Assembly: GCF_001194135.2 (NCBI RefSeq)
Contig: NC_068994.1
Location: 33,871,463 to 33,914,635 of the forward strand
DNA from: Octopus bimaculoides
Lineage: Eukaryota
DNA: 43,173 nucleotides
Direction: 5' to 3'
Under the pieces are notes generated by a model that was not told the DNA's origin, made no database searches, and was given only the letters and a program-made list of their open reading frames with translations. The position numbers and the translations under genes are program-made. Shown piece by piece: positions 36,504 to 43,173 of the stretch (positions are counted from its first letter, which is position 1; each line of letters begins with the position of its first letter).

Positions 36504-36836
36504 GCGCAGGCGCCACTGTGTGGTAAGAAGCTTGCTTCCCAACAGCATGCTTCCGGGTTCCGTCTCAATGCGTGGCACCTTGGGCAAGTGTCTTCTACTA
36601 TAGCGTGGGGCCGACCAAAGCCTTGTGAGTGGATTTGGTAGACGGAAACTGAAAGAAGCCCGTCGTATACGTGTGTGTGTGTGTAGGTGTGTGTGTGCGT
36701 ATTTGTCCCCCTCCCACCATGGCTTGACATCTGATGTTGGTATGTTTACGTCCCCGTAATTTAGCGGTTCGATAAAAGAGCTGGATAGAATAAGTACTAT
36801 GCTTACAAAGAATAAGTCCTGGGGTCGATTTGTTCG
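36504..36836 (+). mobile_element. SINE family B, 3'-truncated
   Basis: Colinear with 26270-26605; internal repeat here is (GT)n. Confidence 0.92.
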
Positions 36837-37033
36837 TATGTATCACAGCACTTTTTTCTTTACATACCTACCTATTTCTCCTGACTTTAGAACTCCGCTA
36901 TTCCTCTGACTGTACTCGATAGGAGGACAGGTGTTTTTCAGGAGAATACCTTTGGATATAGGTCTGATCTGTCTAACAACAGGAAAAACAACACTAACGT
37001 TCTCAAAGCAAATTGATTGCAGGTATAGCAGTT

Positions 37034-37099
37034 AATCCTTCATGCCTTACTCACGCAACCCCTTTATTAGGGGTTGCTTGAGTAAGCGGATGAGGGTTT
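37034..37099. other. 66-nt hairpin (17/18 bp upper stem plus imperfect basal stem)
   Basis: CTTACTCACGCAACCCCT-ttatt-AGGGGTTGCTTGAGTAAG, extended by AATCCTTCAT / ATGAGGGTTT. Confidence 0.85.
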
Positions 37100-37207
37100 G
37101 CTTGAAGAGGAATTTGATTATCCTCAGGTCTATCAATGTCATTCACAAAGTTATTTCCTTCACTTCAACCGCCAGATACAGTAGTTTCTAAAGTTACTGG
37201 AGAAAGC

Positions 37208-37208
37208 C

Positions 37209-37300
<92 letters not shown>
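37208..37300. repeat. (TATC)n
   Basis: Direct reading. Confidence 0.98.
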
Positions 37301-37336
37301 CATATATATATTATTGTTAAACAAGGATATTATTGA

Positions 37337-37379
37337 CAGTGACTTCGAAGTTTCGGCCAACTAAATCATCATCGGAGTG
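37337..37379 (-). ncRNA. Degenerate hammerhead ribozyme relic with palindromic helix III
   Basis: Minus strand CACT-CCGATGA-T-GATT-tagtt-GGCC-GAAAC-TTCGAA-GTC-ACTG. One core change (U4 to C); ACTTCGAAGT is a perfect palindrome. Confidence 0.5.
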
Positions 37380-37509
37380 AGCATAAAAAAAGCATTAATA
37401 TATGTGAGTGTATGTGTGTATGGCGCAAAATTTTGGGATAATGTTGGACAGAGGGCAGTGCAGGGTAGTGCAATGGGTGTGATGCGACATAACAAGTTAC
37501 GATACGGAT

Positions 37510-37510
37510 G

Positions 37511-37556
<46 letters not shown>

Positions 37557-37661
37557 CGACGACCAAAACCACAACCACCACCACCACCACCACCACCACG
37601 ATAGTGACGACGAAGACGACGATGATGGTGGATGACGACGTCGACGATGACAAGGAAATCC

Positions 37662-37711
<50 letters not shown>

Positions 37712-37846
37712 AGTACATAACCACGTATTGATTTTTGAAACAGGAGCAAAACATAAACCCCCATGGGGGTCGTCCGGCAGGAAAGCGAAATTACGTCGTC
37801 GACACGGTTAGTCGAGAACTTAAACCATCGCATCAAGGCAACAGTC

Positions 37847-37879
<33 letters not shown>

Positions 37880-37910
37880 CATAATCATAATAATAATAAT
37901 AATAATAAGC
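37510..37910. repeat. (GAT)/(GAC)/(CAC) arrays and (AAT)n
   Basis: Direct reading. Confidence 0.95.
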
Positions 37911-39244
37911 TAAATGAATACGATAAACACAATAAAAAAAGAAACAACACGTTTATTACTTCATTACATTCCGGCATTCAAGCTAAAACAAGAAAGCATT
38001 TGTCGTAACAAAATTAATAAAAATANNNNNNNNNNNNNNNNNNNNNNNNNNNNNNNNNNNNNNNNNNNNNNNNNNNNNNNNNNNNNNNNNNNNNNNNNNN
38101 NNNNNNNNNNNNNNNNNNNNNNNNNNNNNNNNNNNNNNNNNNNNNNNNNNNNNNNNNNNNNNNNNNNNNNNNNNNNNNNNNNNNNNNNNNNNNNNNNNNN
38201 NNNNNNNNNNNNNNNNNNNNNNNNNNNNNNNNNNNNNNNNNNNNNNNNNNNNNNNNNNNNNNNNNNNNNNNNNNNNNNNNNNNNNNNNNNNNNNNNNNNN
38301 NNNNNNNNNNNNNNNNNNNNNNNNNNNNNNNNNNNNNNNNNNNNNNNNNNNNNNNNNNNNNNNNNNNNNNNNNNNNNNNNNNNNNNNNNNNNNNNNNNNN
38401 NNNNNNNNNNNNNNNNNNNNNNNNNNNNNNNNNNNNNNNNNNNNNNNNNNNNNNNTATATATATATATATATGTATACATATACATACATACACCTAACC
38501 TGCTAAACAGGCTCTTCTATAACTAATAAATGTGACAATAACGTAAGTACCAAGCATCACCACCGCCACCGCCACCGCCATCATCAGCAACCCTCACTAC
38601 ACCAACCAGCACGATTACAACCACCTCTTCAATCAATAGTAACAATATCGACGACAACATTGGGAGCAAGATCAGCGACAAGCTACGAACAAAAACTTCG
38701 TACAATTGCTTATGAATAAATAACAAATAGCGTTAATACTGTTTACTCATAATAGTAGCAAAATTAACAATAACACAGACAAACTCATAAGGATACCACA
38801 ATCACCATTCACCAAAATACCACCCGATACCACTGCCACTAACAGAAGGCCTGTTAGTAATAACAGCCAGAATTCTTCTAAGCCACTTGTAGTCTATAAG
38901 AAAGGCGTTCTAGGACTAAATTTGATAATGTAGTACATGTAGCTGCGCTTATCGCTGATTCATTTGTCAATGATACGAGGTAACACGTTACGCTTAACTG
39001 TGAACCGTGCTTTGCTCATCGCGGATTGATCTGCGATATCATGGATCAGCGATCAGTCGAAGATTCTGCTGCTATCGCAAAGACGTGTCCAGATACCAAC
39101 TCACAATTTTCAGTTACCTAAAATGCACTAAGTATCGCTTTTCTTTTTAAATGTCATATATGACCGTGTTGCGACGCTGAGAATTTTTATGCACCCACCA
39201 ACACTCGACTAGAGCCTAGAAGAAATACAAAGTCGTTCATCGGA

Positions 39245-39438
39245 ATGTGGTCATGCTCAGGTACCACCTTGAAAGTGTTTAGTCGGACAAATCGACCCTA
39301 GTACTGAGAGTTTTTTTGTTTTTTTTTTAGGATTGTACTTATTCTATTGGTCTTATTTGCCGAACCGCTGGCTTAGGGAAACGTAAACAAACTAATAACC
39401 TTTATCAAACGGTGGTGGGATGACAATGATATAAGATA

Positions 39439-39484
<46 letters not shown>

Positions 39485-39690
39485 TATAGATATATATAGA
39501 TATATATATATATATATCCATAAGATGAGTTTCAATACAGTTTGCATTTGTTAATTTCACTCTTAAAGTATTAGTCATTTCGAGATTACAGGAGAAAATA
39601 CTTGCTCAAGGTACCGCGCAGTGAAACCGAACTCGAAACCATATGTTTGCAAAACGAACTTCTTAAGCACACGGTCATATCTACGCCTGT
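39245..39690 (-). mobile_element. Old SINE family B copy, full length
   Basis: gtacttattctattggtcttatttgccgaaccgct.., internal (TA)n, then aaatacttgctcaaggtaccgcgcagtgaaaccgaactcgaaacc. Confidence 0.8.
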
Positions 39691-39719
39691 TTGCATGAAT
39701 TATCCGTTATTCCTTTAGA

Positions 39720-40795
39720 TATCTGATTTTTAAAACACTTTCAGCTGTATAACACCACCACCTCCTTGTATTTGGGGTTAATATATGTTTCTACGTCATA
39801 TTTTGTGTGGTGTGCTCTAAATGCAATAATTATTTTTCTTGTTTTCCTGTCTAGCCTTCCCAGTTCATTTAACCTCCATTTAACTATAAATTATTACTAG
39901 AATAACTTTTGTATTGATGTCTCTTAACTTTTTGTTTTTGATTTTAGCACTGTTTAATTATTAATCTAAAGTGTCTGTAATATTCTTTTATAATCATTGT
40001 TTTTCATTTGCTTGTGTTGAACTCCATTAAATTCAGTGGTTCTTTCGAATATCTAAGTCTGTGTCTCGCATTATTCTCTTGTTTTAATTTCGTTAACAAA
40101 TAAGATATGTGTGTTCTTCAATAATTTTCTTCTTTTCGAGATTTCCCAAGCAAGTTTTTCTAATCAAACTCTCGTATCAATTTCCCTAGTAAATTTGTAT
40201 ACTCTCTGCAGGTGTAAATCTCACTATTTGTCGTCTGCAGCTTACAAGTTCAGATCGTCTTCCGTATGACGAAAGTTGTCTGATTGTGCTGCTATGACAT
40301 TTGTCTCTAACTCCCGTTTGGCTTAGCATATTAGTTAAAGGAGTCGTCTTGAAACATTCGTCTTCTATTTAAGATAGGATTAATTTGCATTATCAGCTCT
40401 TTTGATTACATTCGCAGAATAGTCTACCGCTAACTCATGATATATTTATTGTGATGATGAAAGTTCCACAACTTCTTGTTAAACAACTTGCATAGTTGTA
40501 ATGATCAACATATTTATAATGATCAACTGTTGCCCTGTATATCAGCTCACTCCCTCCACTAAATCGGCATTATTTGTATAGGGTTCCTGAGTGCCATACG
40601 TCAGATGACGAAATGATTGCATGGTGCAACACACTAGCCGCTAGACTACCAGGACTTCCAGGACTTCCAGGACACAAGCGCAGGAGACAGTGACAAAACC
40701 CTTCCGGTAATCATTCTCTTCCATGTCCATACAGTTTCCTCATCTCATACGATCTTTTGGTTATGCCCTTGTTGATGAGCAACTGGTCTTTATAA
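39720..40795 (-). mobile_element. Heavily decayed R4/Dong-type reverse transcriptase region
   Basis: Minus-strand pieces YKDQLLINKGI, DYRKGFVTVSCACVLEVL, PILNRRRMFQDDS, DDLNL*AADDK..VYKF..LEKLA, VNEIK..GVQHKQMK, LNELGRLDRKTRK, RAHHTKYDVE, GGGVIQL. All in the canonical order for this clade. Confidence 0.8.
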
Positions 40796-40934
40796 ATATA
40801 TAGTATTTGCAGAGTTCATTCTGCCCTTCTGAAAACAGCTCATATATATATATAAATAAAAAAAATTACCGCTAATGTTTATTCTCGGCAATATAATTGC
40901 AGTTAAGTATGGTGGCGTGTGGCACTATCACTAT

Positions 40935-41123
40935 CTCACCGGGAAAACTGCATAGCGGCATTTCCTCCGTCTTTAAGTTCTGAGTTCAAATGTCACCGTG
41001 GTCGACTTTACCTTTTAACCTTTCAAGGTCAATAAAGTAAGTACCAGTTGAGCAGTGGGATCGATGTAATTGACTTACCTATGCCCCCGAAATTGCTGGC
41101 CTTTTAACAAAATTTGAAACCAG
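40935..41123 (+). mobile_element. SINE family A, tail type 3
   Basis: gttctgagttcaaat..gtggtcgactttacctttt..aagtaccagttgagcagtgggatcgatgtaattgact..gaaattgctggcctt..aaatttgaaacc. Confidence 0.85.
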
Positions 41124-41618
41124 TCTTATTGCAGTTAAGGGTTTATTGTTTAAAAGAAATCTACAAATCCTTAACTACAAGTTAGGGATCTGTAGATTTT
41201 AGGGTTCTCTAATTTTTTTCTGGTCTTGGGGATTACAATGGCTTTTCTCTCAGAGATCTATCCTGCCACTGTCTCCGGTTACGTCTCATGTAATATATTT
41301 GCTAGGAGCAGACGTGTCTCTATTCTTATTACAAAGTCACCAATGTTTGGTAGAATGTGTCGCTGGAATAATGACTGTCAACTAGAAACACGTTCTCTTT
41401 TGTTCGTTTAAATCTTTTCTGTTTTTTTTTTTTTTCGAGACTTGGAAATGTGATATCCAGTTGCTTATATAAATTGTCGTAATTTTCGTTGGGTACCACA
41501 TCGTGGTAAGGCTGAATTTTGCATGATCCCTTTTTGGTAGATTTTGTACATCAGTATCAATGTTCGGATTTCTCTTTCAACCATGGCCTGAATGATACAT
41601 TTTTCTTAAATTTGCATT

Positions 41619-41619
<1 letters not shown>

Positions 41620-41691
<72 letters not shown>

Positions 41692-41707
41692 CATCATTAT
41701 TATTATT
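41620..41707. repeat. (ATT)n
   Basis: Direct reading. Confidence 0.98.
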
Positions 41708-41710
41708 AAG

Positions 41711-41920
41711 GTGGGAGCGGGCAGAATCGTTAGAACGTCGGGCAAACTGCTTGGGGGCAGTTCGTCCATCTTTATTTTCTGTGTTCAAATTCCACCAAGG
41801 TGTGCTTTGCCTCTCATTTTTTCAGGGTCTATAAAATAAGTACCAGTCCAGCAGAGGGATCGAGGTAATCGACTATTCCACTCCCTCGAAATTGCTGGCC
41901 TTGTGCCAGAATTTGAAACG
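41711..41920 (+). mobile_element. SINE family A, tail type 3
   Basis: ggcagaatcgttagaacgtcgggc..gttcaaattccacc..aaaataagtaccag..gaaattgctggccttgtgccagaatttgaaac. Confidence 0.85.
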
Positions 41921-41939
41921 TGGTTTCTATTATTATTAT

Positions 41940-41970
<31 letters not shown>

Positions 41971-42275
41971 TTCTAATTTGTTTTCTCCGTGTCGAATCTG
42001 GCTAGTTTACATTTTGATAAGTTTATAAAAGGTCATAGAAAAGTGTACTGATTGAGTTGAAAGGTCAGAAGCCATGTTGGTAGTAGTAGTAGTAGTAGTA
42101 GTAGTAGTTACTGTTGTTGTTGCATCGTTTTTATTTCTTTTGTTTTAAAAATGTCGAATGTGAATATTTGAAGACATTTCGATGAATTGCAGACAAAATT
42201 CAAATGAAAAGATTTGTTTGTTTGTTCGTTTGTGTGTGTGTGTGTGTGTGTCTTTGTGTCTGGATGTATGTATGG

Positions 42276-42638
42276 TTTACTCTTTTACTCTTTTACTTGT
42301 TTCAGTCATTTGACTGCGGCCATGCTGGAGCACCACCTTTAGTCGAGCAAATCGACCCCAGGACTTATTCTTTGTAAGCCTAGTACTTATTCTATTGGGC
42401 TCTTTTGCCGAACTGCTAAGTTACGGGGACGTAAACATACCAGCATCGGTTGTCAAATGATGTTGGAGGGACACACACACCCACACACATATGCATATAC
42501 AACACGCTTCTTTCAGTTTCCGTCTACCAAATCCACTCATAAGGCTTTGGTCGGCCCGAGGCTATAGTAGAAGACACGCAGTGAGACTGAACCCGGAACC
42601 ATGTGGTTGGTAAGCAAGCTACTTACCACACAGCCGTG
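42276..42638 (-). mobile_element. SINE family B, full length with a 16-nt deletion in the head
   Basis: Reverse complement of 26270-26640 and 36504-36836; tail (gtaaaaga)n. Confidence 0.93.
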
Positions 42639-42884
42639 CATAGACAACATTAACAACAAATTCAGAAATGTTTTAGAGTCGCTTCAACCACATTTTATTA
42701 GCAAATTGCAAGTGCCGAATTTCAGTGCAGCAGCAGCAGCAATGGCAGAAGCTTTGGCAACAGCGGGAGGAGTGGCACTAAAAGCAGCAAAAGCAGCTGT
42801 AGCATGGGCAGCAGCAGCAGAAGCAAAACAGTAGCAAAAGATCTTTTGCCGGGTAATGTTGAAACTTATAACAACAGAGTTATA

Positions 42885-43082
42885 AATGAAAGCCCGAAAT
42901 TTTGGGGGAGGTAGCCAGTCAATTACATCGACCCAATACACAACTGGTATTTAATTTATCGACCCCGAAAGGATGAAATGTGAAGTCAACCTCGGCGGAA
43001 TTTGAACTTAGAGGGTAAAGACAGATGAAATACCGCTAAGCATTTCGCCTGGCGTGCTAACGTTTCTGCCAACTCGCCACCT
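42885..43082 (-). mobile_element. SINE family A, full head, tail type 2
   Basis: Reverse complement of the unit at 13911-14107 plus an intact 5' ggtggcgagttggcagaaacgttagcacgccaggcg. Confidence 0.92.
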
Positions 43083-43173
43083 TATAAGTAATAGAATAAT
43101 GCACAGACAATGTGATCAAGTTGGAAAGATGATTACGAGTACTGTACGCTAAAGGCGAGTATGGAAACAGCTG

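Noticed and set aside
39099-39125. Minus-strand ttttag|GTAACTGAAAATT|gtgagt: possible 13-nt microexon or recursive splice site
   Set aside because: No host gene context, not frame-preserving, and such short matches are expected by chance in 43 kb.
42601-42834. Ala-rich ORF (AAAAAMAEALATAGG..) with an upstream ttttcag-like acceptor
   Set aside because: Starts inside a SINE and is a degenerate (GCA)n repeat; no recognisable protein.
13666-43082. tRNA genes at the A-box/B-box motifs
   Set aside because: Each runs into a SINE body, lacks a complete cloverleaf, and is one of many diverged copies.

Overview
Eukaryotic, AT-rich, repeat-dense, apparently non-coding DNA (intergenic or deep intronic). 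About 7 kb (~16%) is N, in 19 assembly gaps that mostly abut microsatellites. The SINE, MITE and LINE families look like those I recognise from Octopus genomes; this is an inference from memory, not a database result. I can support no host protein-coding exon, rRNA, true tRNA gene or CRISPR array. Nearly all long ORFs in the track are artefacts of N runs or simple repeats. Contents: (i) many tRNA-headed SINEs of at least three families, including a head-to-tail trimer; (ii) decayed RTE-type LINE pieces; (iii) five R4/Dong-type (restriction-like endonuclease, RLE) LINE pieces, two of them absent from the ORF track and two flanked by (TAA)-like repeats; (iv) a piggyBac-like and a hAT/Charlie-like MITE; (v) extensive simple and compound microsatellites. 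The best finding is an apparently intact type I hammerhead ribozyme on the minus strand at 4689-4736. It has the full CUGACGA/GAAA/GUC core and three paired helices, and sits in an ORF-less, hairpin-rich ~500 bp segment that is a candidate retrozyme or Penelope pseudo-LTR. Two degenerate hammerheads with near-identical helix III (32346-32392 +, 37337-37379 -) and a 66-nt pre-miRNA-sized hairpin (37034-37099) also merit follow-up. Repeat boundaries are approximate (tens of bp) unless stated base by base.
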